A stretch of 63,645 nt of DNA from Phycisphaerae bacterium (GCA_046483505.1 JAWODB010000309.1:1-63645), one strand, 5' to 3'; positions 18,766 through 28,281 are shown, numbered from the stretch's first letter. Notes: generated by a model from the letters alone, not told the origin. Program-made: numbers and translations.

Positions 18766-19824
18766 CTACCGGCGGAAGTCCGGGCACCCCGGGCGGCAGG
18801 GACCCCGCCCCGGTCCCCGGATGATCGTCGGCGGGCGGACCACGTGGACCCGGATCACGCGGATGTGCGAGGTCACGTCCATCGGCCCGCCCGTGGTCGG
18901 CGTGGCACCGACCGACTCGCCCGGTAACCGGACCGGCTGCTCCGTCCGGTCGTTGCACGTCTGGTTGACCCAGTTGACGTGATTCGCCCAGTCCTGCCCC
19001 AGTTCGTCGAAGGCCGGGTCCACGGCGTACGTGTTCACGTAGTTTCCGGCAGCGCTGCCGGCCACAGCGCCGGTGAGGATGATGATCCAGCCGACCGGTC
19101 CCGACCCGACGCCTGCGACGGTGACGATGAGGGCCCCGCCTGCGCCACCCAGCGCGCCGGTGCCCATCCCGACGCCGGTCTTGACGGTCGCGCGGCCTCC
19201 CTCGATCACGATCAGGCCGGGGTCGGCGTTGGGGTGGGTGGCCTCGCCCAGGAACTCGGCGGCCGGTCCGACGGCGGCCATCCAGGGAGCCCACTTCTCG
19301 CCGGCCTCCTCGCCGAGCACGTGGATGAGCCCCTGCTTGACGCCTTCGCCGGCCGGGCCGCCGCTCGGGCTGACGGCGCCGTCGACGAGCGGCTGCAGGT
19401 ACTCAGGGACTTTGATGGTGCCCCCCTCGGGCGCGGGGCCGGGCGGGGACCTGTCGGACAGGCCGGACGTGGTCGGTGTCCGCCCCACGCTGGAGACGTC
19501 GATGCCGTTGATCTCGCCGGGCGGATCCGCCCTGGGGCTCTCTGTCACCGGTTGCAGGGGGCCGCGCGGGTCGGGGGCGTTCCCGGAAGGCGGCGGCCCC
19601 AATCCCAACTCGCCGACCGTGTTCGCGGTGTACGCGTCCGCCGGGCCGCTGTAGTCGTCCGGCGACACGAGGGTCGGCGACGGTGGCACGCTCGTTACCC
19701 CGGGGCCGGCAAGGGCGGGGGCCGCCGGCCCGCCGACTACCAGAAGCCCCGCGGCCATCGCCAGCACGCCGACCCACGGGACCACCGCCAGGGGCCGCCG
19801 ACTGCTTTTGTATGTGGTTTGCAT
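18766..19824 (-). CDS. Hypothetical secreted protein with Pro-rich N-half and glycine-zipper-like hydrophobic segment
   Basis: AAAGGAGA RBS; signal-like N-terminus ending APALA; GVGMGTGALGGAGGALIVTVAGVGSGPVGWIIILTGAVAGSAAG. Confidence 0.7.
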   Translation of the reverse strand: MQTTYKSSRRPLAVVPWVGVLAMAAGLLVVGGPAAPALAGPGVTSVPPSPTLVSPDDYSGPADAYTANTVGELGLGPPPSGNAPDPRGPLQPVTESPRADPPGEINGIDVSSVGRTPTTSGLSDRSPPGPAPEGGTIKVPEYLQPLVDGAVSPSGGPAGEGVKQGLIHVLGEEAGEKWAPWMAAVGPAAEFLGEATHPNADPGLIVIEGGRATVKTGVGMGTGALGGAGGALIVTVAGVGSGPVGWIIILTGAVAGSAAGNYVNTYAVDPAFDELGQDWANHVNWVNQTCNDRTEQPVRLPGESVGATPTTGGPMDVTSHIRVIRVHVVRPPTIIRGPGRGPCRPGCPDFRR

Positions 19825-19916
19825 CGGTCTGTCTCCTTTCGCTGCTGCGGCGCAGGGCGCGATGCCTATGCCCGCGCCCCTGGCCGTCCACCAGAAGACG
19901 GGCGCGGCCGCGCCGA

Positions 19917-21116
19917 CTACGGCTTGCGGCGTGCGGCCGCCTGGGCGGGCTCGCCGGCGTCCTGTTTCTTGCGGACCCGGGCGTACGCCCGGCAATTGAC
20001 ATAATCGATGCGCCTCAGCGACCACGTGTCTTCCTGGTCGCCGGGGACGAAACTGAAGCACAGGAAAGCGTTCTGCTGGTCCCAACGCGTGGTGAACGCG
20101 AAGGCGGCCTTCTCGTCCGGCCCCACCGCGTACGAGACGAGGGCCTGGTTCTTCCAGTCGGCGGGGTCCACCTCGCGGATGGCGCCGGCCGCCGGCGCGG
20201 GGGTGTCCTCGGCCCGGGCCAGGACCCGCTCCGCCCGGCCGGCCACCAGGTCGTCGAACACCGCGTTCACCGCCTCCATCAGGAACTTGCGTCTGGTGGT
20301 GTTCTTCAGAATGTCCAGCGCCAGCAGGTTCAGGCGGAGCCGGGCCCCGGCGCAGACGCGGTTGCCGGTCTGCGCCTTGCCGCCGGCCAGGCCGGGCGCA
20401 TGGGATCGCCAGTCGGCCAGGCGCTCAAGCATCGCCTCGACCTCGGTGTTGCTCATCGTCTCGACCTTCTCTCTTGGAGGGGGCCGGAGCCCGGCGAACA
20501 AGCGGCCGAAGCCTTCCGTCGTTTCGTAGGTCGTCTCGGCGACGGCGGCGGCGGCCAGGGCCTCCCGCGCGCGCCAGCCGGCGGCCGGGCTGTACGGGGG
20601 CCGGTGCCGCCCGCGAAGGTAGTCGCCCGTCAGGACCTCGGCGTCGCCGACACGGAGACCTTCGTCCGTCTCGTCCCACCGCAGGATGGCCGCCGTGTCC
20701 GTGTACGGGTTGTAGAAGAGGACCAGCGCGCTCTTCGGCCCCGGGTAATGGACCATGTAGATGGACGTGTCGAAGAAGTACCGCCAGGCCCGCCGGAAAA
20801 CCGCCGGCGGCACCCGGCCGTCCGGATACGACGGCCCGTACGCCGCGTCCAGGACCTCGTGAAAGACCGTCGCCGCCTCCGGCGCCATGCGGTCCGGGAT
20901 GGCCTGTTCGGGGTCGGCGTGGATGCACGTGCGGAAGTGCTCGACGTCGGCCACCAGGAACTTCGGCTGGAGCGTCCAGGTGGCGTACGAACCGGCCTGC
21001 TGACACCCGGCGGCACCGGCGGCCAGGGCGGCCAGGACCAGCACCACGCCCAGGCGCCACGCCGCCGGCCCCGTCCCCGGCTCATCCGCCCGCCAGGCCG
21101 TCCCTCGGTACCTCAT
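19917..21116 (-). CDS. Hypothetical lipoprotein (399 aa)
   Basis: GGAGA RBS; hydrophobic stretch ending AAG|C; globular, aromatic-rich body; no family recognised. Confidence 0.7.
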   Translation of the reverse strand: MRYRGTAWRADEPGTGPAAWRLGVVLVLAALAAGAAGCQQAGSYATWTLQPKFLVADVEHFRTCIHADPEQAIPDRMAPEAATVFHEVLDAAYGPSYPDGRVPPAVFRRAWRYFFDTSIYMVHYPGPKSALVLFYNPYTDTAAILRWDETDEGLRVGDAEVLTGDYLRGRHRPPYSPAAGWRAREALAAAAVAETTYETTEGFGRLFAGLRPPPREKVETMSNTEVEAMLERLADWRSHAPGLAGGKAQTGNRVCAGARLRLNLLALDILKNTTRRKFLMEAVNAVFDDLVAGRAERVLARAEDTPAPAAGAIREVDPADWKNQALVSYAVGPDEKAAFAFTTRWDQQNAFLCFSFVPGDQEDTWSLRRIDYVNCRAYARVRKKQDAGEPAQAAARRKP

Positions 21117-21289
21117 CAGGCGTCTCCTCAGGAATGCGGGTACCCTGCCGCCGCGGCACGTTTTGTACCGGTTGCATTGTACGGCGCGGACGTGGGATGT
21201 GCCGCCCTCATTGCACGAAAACGGCCGGCCGCCCCGTCGCCCCGACGGATCGACAGGCCGTTGAACGATGTCGCGTCACCGAATGGACC

Positions 21290-21775
21290 CTAGTGGCTGT
21301 GGCCGGTGCACGGGGGCTTGCCGCCCGTCGGCACGCTTACGCTGCCCGCAGCACCAGCACCTCGCCGGCTGACGTCCGATCCAGTACTGCTCCTGCTGCT
21401 CTCGGCCTCCTGGGCGTCTGCCAGTTCCTCTCGCAGGTCCGAAAGCGAGGCCATGTAGCGGTTATGCTGCCCGATCAGCGTCTGCTTCTCCGCCTGCAAG
21501 TCGGTAGACGTTATGGCAAGGGGTCCCCTTCCTCCGTAGCCCCTCGAAAACTGGCCCGTCGAGGCGTCGTACTCGCTGCCGTGGACCTCCGCCAGTTGCT
21601 TCCGGATCTCCGCGGCGCGCTTCTCGGCGCTGGCGATATCGGCTTGGATATCGCTCGTCTTGCGCTGGTTGCAGGCCATGTGGGAGAAGGCAGCCAGGGT
21701 CACCGCCAAAGCCAGAACCACCAGCGGCAGATGTGCCAACCTGCGGCGCAGACCTCGCACGGCCCGATCGTTCAT
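21290..21775 (-). CDS. Hypothetical coiled-coil (lipo)protein
   Basis: GAAGGAGAG RBS; basic n-region, h-region, HMA|C; two heptad helices and a Ser/Gly tail. Confidence 0.65.
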   Translation of the reverse strand: MNDRAVRGLRRRLAHLPLVVLALAVTLAAFSHMACNQRKTSDIQADIASAEKRAAEIRKQLAEVHGSEYDASTGQFSRGYGGRGPLAITSTDLQAEKQTLIGQHNRYMASLSDLREELADAQEAESSRSSTGSDVSRRGAGAAGSVSVPTGGKPPCTGHSH

Positions 21776-21864
21776 GACACGCTCTCCTTCCCTAACCCCT
21801 CATGACGTGCATGTCACCAACCTGCGGGCAACCAGGGGTCTCCGGCCGCGATGAACGCCTGCCG

Positions 21865-22869
21865 TCAGAAGGAGAACGAAAGCCCCAGGTTCACCGCGTG
21901 GTTCTCGTACGACTCGTTGCCCACGTCGGCGGTGTACTGGGCGTACAGTTCGAGGTTCTTCGTCAGGTAGTAGCGCACCTTGCCGCCCAGGGTGAACCAG
22001 CAGTGGTCCGGATCCTCGAGGGGGGCGATGTTGGTGTACTCTTCCTGAAGCACGCGGTTCCAGTCGAAGATGCCCGTCACGATGCACTGGTCGGACATGG
22101 CGTAATCGGCCCGGTTCATCAGGACCAGGGTGCCGTCGCTGGAATCGTCGCTGGCGATGTTCCGGTTGTAGTTGAACTGCTGCCACCGCCACACCATCGT
22201 CAGGGTCGAGTAGGCCGTCAGCGGTCCCTGCTGGAAGGCGGCCACGCCCACGTACGGCGCCAGGACGAAGGTGTTGGCGTCGACGACGGTCCGCCGCCCC
22301 GCGCCCCCCGCCCGCGTCCGGATGTTCGTGTCGCTGAACGTGAACGAGGAGCCGAAGTACAACAGGTCCACGTTCTTCGACAGGAAGAACGTGAACGAGT
22401 TGGTGTCCATGTCGTTGTCGACCTGGCCCGGCCCGACGCCCGTGCCGTAGGTGTAATCGTACATCAGGCCGACGATGATGTCGTCGATGGAGCGGAACGT
22501 CATGCCCACGGTGCCGCCGTTCAGGTCCGTATCGAGCCCGCCGGTCCGGCGGTCGCGGTTGCTGCCGTAATGGTACTCGAAGAACGGGATGGGGTCGTTG
22601 AACCATCCGCCGGGCGCATCGGCGGGCGGCGGGGGGGCGTCCGCTTCCATGGCGGCCGCCTGCATATTGGCCAGGCCGTCCATCCGGTAATTCAGCGCCA
22701 GAATCGGCGCCAGCGTGGCCTGACGGAGTCCGACGCCGGCCGGGTTCCCGGCCCCGAACAACTGCTGCATGACGTTGTTCTCACGCCGGACCGTCGCCGA
22801 GGCGTCCGCCGCCATCGTCCCCACCACGACGGCCAGAACCAACGTGCCCACCAGTGTGCGTGCCTTCAT
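21865..22869 (-). CDS. Outer-membrane beta-barrel protein, autotransporter-beta-domain-like
   Basis: AAGGAG RBS; signal peptide ending ASA; alternating aromatic strands; C-terminal NLGLSFSF (BAM-type signal). Confidence 0.7.
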   Translation of the reverse strand: MKARTLVGTLVLAVVVGTMAADASATVRRENNVMQQLFGAGNPAGVGLRQATLAPILALNYRMDGLANMQAAAMEADAPPPPADAPGGWFNDPIPFFEYHYGSNRDRRTGGLDTDLNGGTVGMTFRSIDDIIVGLMYDYTYGTGVGPGQVDNDMDTNSFTFFLSKNVDLLYFGSSFTFSDTNIRTRAGGAGRRTVVDANTFVLAPYVGVAAFQQGPLTAYSTLTMVWRWQQFNYNRNIASDDSSDGTLVLMNRADYAMSDQCIVTGIFDWNRVLQEEYTNIAPLEDPDHCWFTLGGKVRYYLTKNLELYAQYTADVGNESYENHAVNLGLSFSF

Positions 22870-23116
22870 GGGACACTCCTTCCGCGTAGAGACCCGTGCC
22901 GGGTCAGTTCGCTGGACGAGGTTACTAGAACCCCTCCCGTGTGCTCATGCAACAAAAATCTGGCGCGACTTTGTATCTTAAAAGAACCTTCGCCCTCGCA
23001 CGCCGCTCGCCCGGTTTATCGGCGTTCACGATGCCCCGCGGCCACTGATTCCCAGCAAGGGCCTCTGACGCGATCCGCTCGCGACATCGCCAACGCGCCG
23101 GACAAGTCCGGCGGCC

Positions 23117-23286
23117 ACTGATCCCGGCAAAAGTAATGTCCGGGGTTGTCATTCTGAGGAGCGGCGAAGCCGCGACGAAGAATCTCGCCTTGTCACCTTT
23201 CGCACGGCGAGGTTTTTCGGCTCCGCAAGCGGAGCCTCAGAATGACAGCCTGGCCCGATGAGGACATTACTTTTCCTGGGCTCAGT
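23117..23286. mobile_element. MITE-like element with ~25-bp imperfect terminal inverted repeats enclosing a family A palindrome (23147-23247)
   Basis: ACTGATCCCGGCAAAAGTAATGTCC (23117-23141) vs GGACATTACTTTTCCTGGGCTCAGT (23262-23286). Confidence 0.65.
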
Positions 23287-23295
23287 AAAGGTTAC

Positions 23296-23342
23296 CCTTA
23301 CGCGCAGCGTTCTTGGTCATTGGGACTTGGGCATTGGTCATT
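23296..23342. repeat. Family C heptamer repeat arm
   Basis: TTGGTCATTGGGACTTGGGCATTGGTCATT; overlaps the stop codon of the IMPase-family gene. Confidence 0.75.
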
Positions 23343-24132
23343 CGCGGCTCGCCACCAGCGGCGCGAGCCGCGCGACCGTTTCGGCGTGCCCGCTGATCAT
23401 CGGCCGCACCACGTCCTCCCCCGCCATGTACGCCATGAGGTCCACGTCCGTGCCGTCGAAATACCGGGTCACGCCGCCGGCGGCGGCGACCATGGCCATG
23501 CCCGAGGCGATGTCCCACACGTGCACGTCGCCCAGGACGACGGCGTCGGCGCAGCCGGCCGCCACGTACGCCAGGTGCCCGACGGTCGTGCCGACGCTCC
23601 GCACCTTCCCGGGAAAGGAGGGATCCAGCGCGAACCGCTTGTGGAACCCGGAATCGACGAAGATGGCCGACTCGCGATGGAACGGCTGCGGCCGGCGCAG
23701 GCCGGCCGGTTCGAGGGGGGCCTGCGGGTCCGACGCCGCCCGCATCCCGGCGTCCGGGCCGGCCTCGAACACCTCGCCCGTCACGGGCAGATGGAACCAG
23801 CCGGCCACGGCCCGGCCGTCGTCGACGAGGCCGACCGAGACGCCCCATCCCGGCAGGCCGGACGCGTACGAGGCCGTGCCGTCGATCGGGTCCAGCACCC
23901 ACAGCCGCCGGGCGGACGGGGCCTCGCGGCCGACGTCCTGCTCCTCGGCCACGAAGCCGTCGTCGGGGTAGCGCCGGCCGAGTTCCTCGATGAGGGTGGT
24001 CTGGACGGCCAGGTCGGCGTCGGTGACGAACGAGCGGTCGGCCTTGCGATGGACGGCGGCCTCGCCGCGCATCCGGAGGGCCATGTCGCCGGCCGCCAGG
24101 ACGAGGGTGCGTACGGCTTCCATCTCGGACAT
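23338..24132 (-). CDS. Inositol monophosphatase family protein
   Basis: FVTDAD, AEE, WVLDPIDGT, WDIASG motifs. Confidence 0.9.
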   Translation of the reverse strand: MSEMEAVRTLVLAAGDMALRMRGEAAVHRKADRSFVTDADLAVQTTLIEELGRRYPDDGFVAEEQDVGREAPSARRLWVLDPIDGTASYASGLPGWGVSVGLVDDGRAVAGWFHLPVTGEVFEAGPDAGMRAASDPQAPLEPAGLRRPQPFHRESAIFVDSGFHKRFALDPSFPGKVRSVGTTVGHLAYVAAGCADAVVLGDVHVWDIASGMAMVAAAGGVTRYFDGTDVDLMAYMAGEDVVRPMISGHAETVARLAPLVASRE

Positions 24133-24189
24133 GGGGACGTCCGCCCTTTCCGGCCCGTCCGCGGCATCGTGCCGCGGGAGGAGCCTCAC

Positions 24190-24218
24190 ACCTTACCGCC
24201 TCGCGGGGCCGGTGTCCA
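24190..24218 (-). promoter_or_regulatory. Putative sigma70 promoter of the IMPase-family gene
   Basis: TGGACA-17 nt-TAAGGT on the minus strand. Confidence 0.45.
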
Positions 24219-24612
24219 GTGGCATACGGGGCCTGTTCCATGCCGGAGCGCGCTTTTAGTTCATATGGACGGCCGTTGATGATGGTTCAAAAACGCGAAA
24301 AAACGGGGGCATTTCCGGCGCGTTTTCGCGCGTTTCCGAAAAAAGCGGTACAAAAGTCGCGCGTTTCGCCTTACCCATTTTAACATTCGACCCCCAAATC
24401 GTCCCTGGCGCGTCAGAATCGACGATCCGGGTTCCGAAAACAGCCATTTTCGGGATCCCGGCGAAATCGCGTTTTCCTAGAATATCGATGAAGGCTCCGC
24501 CCGGGCAACCATTGAGCCGGCGACGGTACGTCGCCGCGGGCATGCGACGCGGTTCAGGGGCCGAAACAACCGGGCGACCTGCAGCCGCCGGCTCCACCTC
24601 GCGTACCGCCCC

Positions 24613-25254
24613 TCACCCCCCTTGTGCCAGGACCTTCTCGACCGCCAGTTTGGCGAAGAGGCCGGCCATGACGAACAGGATGCCCGCACAGACGGCGAGC
24701 AGGCCTTTGTAGAATCGGCCCTGGAGCAGCCTCTTGCCCCTAGCCACGCTCAGCGAGGCCGCCGAGAACCACGCCAGGTCCGCCGAGATGTGGCCGATGA
24801 AGAACGCCGCCACCCCCAGCCACCCCATCGCGGCCGCCCCCGCCAGCAGCAGCGTCGGCTGGGTCACCCACCAGAGGTACCAGTACGGGTTGACGAGGCT
24901 CGTGATCAGGCCCGTCGGGACGGACCCCAGGCGGACGAAGCCCGGTTCCGGGGCGGTCTCGTCCCGGCCCATCCGGCGCAGGAGGCCCACGCCCATCCAG
25001 GCGAGGGCCACGGCCCCGACGCTCCCGATGGCCGTCAGCACCCACCGGTTCTCCAGAAACGAGGAGATGCCCAGCAGGAGCAGGACCACGACGGGGATCT
25101 CGGCCAGGGCGTGGCCGAGGACCACCCCCGGCCCGAACCAGAAGCCGCGGCGATGACTGCCCGCCAGCGTCGCCGAGAGCATCGGCCCGGGCACCAGCGC
25201 CCCCGAGAGCGCCAGGACGAAACTGCCGAACGCCAGTCCCACCAGGTCCAGCAC
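24613..25254 (-). CDS. LysE family translocator
   Basis: LSGALVPGP, GHALAE, SLVNPYWYLWW; about six TM helices. Confidence 0.88.
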   Translation of the reverse strand: MLDLVGLAFGSFVLALSGALVPGPMLSATLAGSHRRGFWFGPGVVLGHALAEIPVVVLLLLGISSFLENRWVLTAIGSVGAVALAWMGVGLLRRMGRDETAPEPGFVRLGSVPTGLITSLVNPYWYLWWVTQPTLLLAGAAAMGWLGVAAFFIGHISADLAWFSAASLSVARGKRLLQGRFYKGLLAVCAGILFVMAGLFAKLAVEKVLAQGG

Positions 25255-25281
25255 GAGGACGGTCTCCTTCCGCGACGCTCG

Positions 25282-25310
25282 ATTCTAAGCCCCCGAACGG
25301 CCTCAGGCAA
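25282..25310 (-). promoter_or_regulatory. Putative sigma70 promoter of the LysE-family gene
   Basis: TTGCCT-17 nt-TAGAAT on the minus strand. Confidence 0.55.
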
Positions 25311-25670
25311 CGGCTGAACGGCCGGCACGCGGGATTCGGGATTCGGCATTAGCCAACGGTCCAAGCGTCGCAGGGGCGTCGAGGCGCGCAGAGGCGCCCG
25401 TGTTCGCCGGGCCGCCCGCCGGCCGCGCGCCGTTTGCCACAGGCCGGAGGCCTGCCTGGTCACCCGCCTTCGCCGGGATAAGGGGCTTCGGCGGCCATGT
25501 TGGGTATGGGTCACTGGGCATTGGCCCCGGCCCATTTCACAACTTTGCGGCCGACCCCCTTGTCGGCCCTGCGTAATTCCGTTACAATTGCCGCAAGCGT
25601 GGAGCCGATATAACCCTGGGGAAGGTCTCGAGCGAGGGGCACGCCAAGCGCATCGACAGGGTGGGATGAC

Positions 25671-26306
25671 GTGAACCACGAGTTGAAACTCCGGGCCCAT
25701 GCCGAGTTCTCCGGCTGGGCCGAGACCTACGACCATCACTGGCTCAACCGGTTTCTCTTCGAGCCGGCCCACGCCATGCTGCTGAAGGAACTCCGGACGA
25801 TCCCGCCCGGCCGGGTGCTGGACGTGGGCTGCGGCACGGGGGAACTCGTCGGGCGCCTGGCCGGCCGAGGTTGGGACGTCGTCGGCCTCGACCTGTGCGA
25901 GCCCATGGTCCGCCGCGCCAACCACAAACTCAACGGCCACGCCGACCGCGTCCGCCTGACGGTGGCCGACAGCGAGCACCTGCCCTTCGACAGCCGGGCC
26001 TTCGACGTCGTCACGTGCGCCAACTCGTTCCACCACTATCCCCATCAGGAGGCGGTCGTCCGCGAGTTGTACCGCGTGCTGAAGCCCGGCGGCCGTCTCT
26101 TGCTGCTCGACGGCTGGTCCGACCATTTCCTGGGGCGGATCATCTACGACATCGTCATCACGCACGTCGAGGGCGGCACGATCCGCCACCGCGACGCCCC
26201 CGAACTGCACGCCATGTTCCGGCGCGTCGGATTCCGTCCGGTCATCCAGCGGCGGCAATACGCCGTCTTCCCGATTCTTCTGACGCAGGGCACCGTGCCG
26301 CGGTAG
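25671..26306 (+). CDS. Class I SAM-dependent methyltransferase
   Basis: VLDVGCGTG, LPFDSRAFDVV, RVLKPGG. Confidence 0.92.
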   Translation: MNHELKLRAHAEFSGWAETYDHHWLNRFLFEPAHAMLLKELRTIPPGRVLDVGCGTGELVGRLAGRGWDVVGLDLCEPMVRRANHKLNGHADRVRLTVADSEHLPFDSRAFDVVTCANSFHHYPHQEAVVRELYRVLKPGGRLLLLDGWSDHFLGRIIYDIVITHVEGGTIRHRDAPELHAMFRRVGFRPVIQRRQYAVFPILLTQGTVPR

Positions 26307-26333
26307 GCCGACCGCTTTCCCTGAGACCACCCG

Positions 26334-27218
26334 ATGCGCCGACGCTCACCACCGCCCACCCGCCCCGGCCTCCGCACCGCGTCCACGCGGCGACGGGTGC
26401 CGCGGACGGTGATGCTCCTGGCCGCCGTGGTGGCGCTTGCTGCGGTTGCGGCGTCGGACGCCGCCCAGCCGGCGGCGACGGGACCCGAGGCGGCCGCCGG
26501 GTCGGTCGACTACCCCCAGTCCCGCGAGGCGCTGGAGCCGGTCGTCCGCAAGGACCCGCTGGCGTTTCTTCAGCGCGCCCGCGACTGGGCCGACGGCCGC
26601 ATCCGCGATTACACCTGCCACTTCCAGAAACTGGAGCGCGTGGGCGGCAAACTCCAAAAGCCCGAGCAGATGCGGATGAAGTTCCGCGCCGAGCCGTTCA
26701 GCGTCTACCTGAAGTGGGTCGGCGGCCCGTCCGAGGGCCAGGAGGTCCTCTACGTCGAGGGCCAGTACAAGGGCAAGATCCAGGCCCATCCGTCCGGTAT
26801 CCTCGGGGTCATCTTCCGGAAGGTGGCGCTCGACCCCGAGGGCAAGATCGCCGTCAAGCACAGCCGCCGGCCCCTGACGAAGGCCGGCATGGTCAACATG
26901 GTCCGCCTCATCGCGCGGCAGTGCGAGGAGGCCCACGAGCGGGGCGACCTGACGCTCACCTACGAGGGCGTCCGGGTCGAGGCCGACCGCCCCGCCTTCG
27001 TCCTGAAACGCCTCCTGCCCCCCGACAAGGGCTACCCCTGCGAGACCCTCGTCATCTTCATCGACACCGAGACCCTGGCCTGCGTCCGCTCCGACGCCTA
27101 CGACTGGGACGGCGAACTCATCAGCCACTACTTCTATACGAACATCAACTTCACGCCCGGCCTGACGGACCGCGACTTCGACACCGACAACCCCGATTAC
27201 GGCTATCGCCTCTTCTGA
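26334..27218 (+). CDS. DUF1571-domain secreted protein
   Basis: DYTCHFQKLERVGGKL, MKFRAEPFSVYLKW, GQEVLYVEG, FDTDNPDYGY; start uncertain. Confidence 0.75.
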   Translation: MRRRSPPPTRPGLRTASTRRRVPRTVMLLAAVVALAAVAASDAAQPAATGPEAAAGSVDYPQSREALEPVVRKDPLAFLQRARDWADGRIRDYTCHFQKLERVGGKLQKPEQMRMKFRAEPFSVYLKWVGGPSEGQEVLYVEGQYKGKIQAHPSGILGVIFRKVALDPEGKIAVKHSRRPLTKAGMVNMVRLIARQCEEAHERGDLTLTYEGVRVEADRPAFVLKRLLPPDKGYPCETLVIFIDTETLACVRSDAYDWDGELISHYFYTNINFTPGLTDRDFDTDNPDYGYRLF

Positions 27219-27232
27219 GCGTCGTTGGAATG

Positions 27233-27517
27233 CCCTCTCCCCCGGCGGGAGAGGGTCAGATCGGGTATCGCAGCGACTCGTGCTTCGCAGCGGAGCACTG
27301 CTTTGTAGAGTAGCGGGTGAGCGTGATTGGGCTCCAGGCCACAAGCCTCAAGCCACAAGCCTCAAGCGACAACCCACGACAACGGCGCGCGGTTGTCGTC
27401 GTCTTTGCTTGCGGCTTGCGGCTTGGAGCCTTCGGCTTTCACCCTCACCCCTTCCCTCTCGCGCCTGCGCGGCCGAAGCCCGCTACGGCGGGCCAAGGCC
27501 CGTCAAGGGAGAGGGGG
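27233..27517. repeat. Cluster of palindromes: family F (27233-27255), family C-type heptamer arms (27338-27426), family F with nested insert (27442-27516)
   Basis: CCCTCTCCC..GGGAGAGGG; CACAAGCCTCAAGC/GCTTGCGGCTTG; 39-bp insert at 27461-27499. Confidence 0.8.
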
Positions 27518-27540
27518 GCTTGACGAAAGGGGTCCTCTCC

Positions 27541-28281
27541 GTGTTCGCTCGCGCCGAGGCCGTCCTGTTCGACATGGGCGGCACGCTGATCGATTACCCG
27601 CTGCCGAGTTGGCCCGTCATAGCCGGCCGGTGCGTGCAGGGGGTCGTCAGCGGCCTGGTGCTCGGCAACGAATCGGCCCTGCCGCCGGCCGCCACGGTGC
27701 CCGACCCCGCCCATGCGCCGTCGAAGCGTCCGTCGGACCCCGAGGGCGCCCTGCCGTACCGGGTGACGATGGCCCTTCGGCGCGTGGTCCGCAGCGTCAG
27801 CGGCCTGACGCTGCCGACGCTCGGCGAGATGTGCGCCCGTCCCCTGGTGGCGGAGGGGTCCGTCGTGCCCGGCGCGCGGGAGACCCTCGCCGTCCTCCGG
27901 GCCCGCGGGTACCGCCTGGGGCTCGTCTCCAACACGCCGTGGGGCACGCCCGATTACCTCTGGACGGGCCAACTCGAACGGTTCGGCCTGGCGGACTTCT
28001 TCGAGGTCGCCTGCTTCTCGAGCGACGTGGGGTTCCGCAAGCCGGACCCGCGCATCTTCCGGGCGGCGCTGCGGACGCTCGGCGTGCCGGCCGGCCGGGC
28101 CGTGTTCGTCGGCGACGAGCCGGAGGCCGACATCGGCGGCGCCCGGGCGGCGGGCCTGGCGTGCGTCTGGGTCGACCGCCATCACCGCGCCCCGCCCGAC
28201 CCGCCGGCCGACCTGGCGATCACCCGCCTCGAGGACCTGGACGACCACCTGCCCGGCGTGTCTGCAAGCGAAAACCATTGA
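27541..28281 (+). CDS. HAD-superfamily hydrolase
   Basis: VLFDMGGTL, LVSNT, RKPDPRIF, FVGDEPEADIGGA; start 27541 or 27520. Confidence 0.88.
   Translation: MFARAEAVLFDMGGTLIDYPLPSWPVIAGRCVQGVVSGLVLGNESALPPAATVPDPAHAPSKRPSDPEGALPYRVTMALRRVVRSVSGLTLPTLGEMCARPLVAEGSVVPGARETLAVLRARGYRLGLVSNTPWGTPDYLWTGQLERFGLADFFEVACFSSDVGFRKPDPRIFRAALRTLGVPAGRAVFVGDEPEADIGGARAAGLACVWVDRHHRAPPDPPADLAITRLEDLDDHLPGVSASENH

Noticed and set aside
21205-21230. Sigma54 promoter for the 399-aa lipoprotein gene
   Set aside because: Only GG-N10-GC spacing fits; the TGGCAC and TTGC boxes are poor, which is expected by chance at this GC.
25455-25490. Additional complete palindromic element (ATCCCGGCGAAGGCGGG type)
   Set aside because: Only one degenerate arm is visible and no partner was found.
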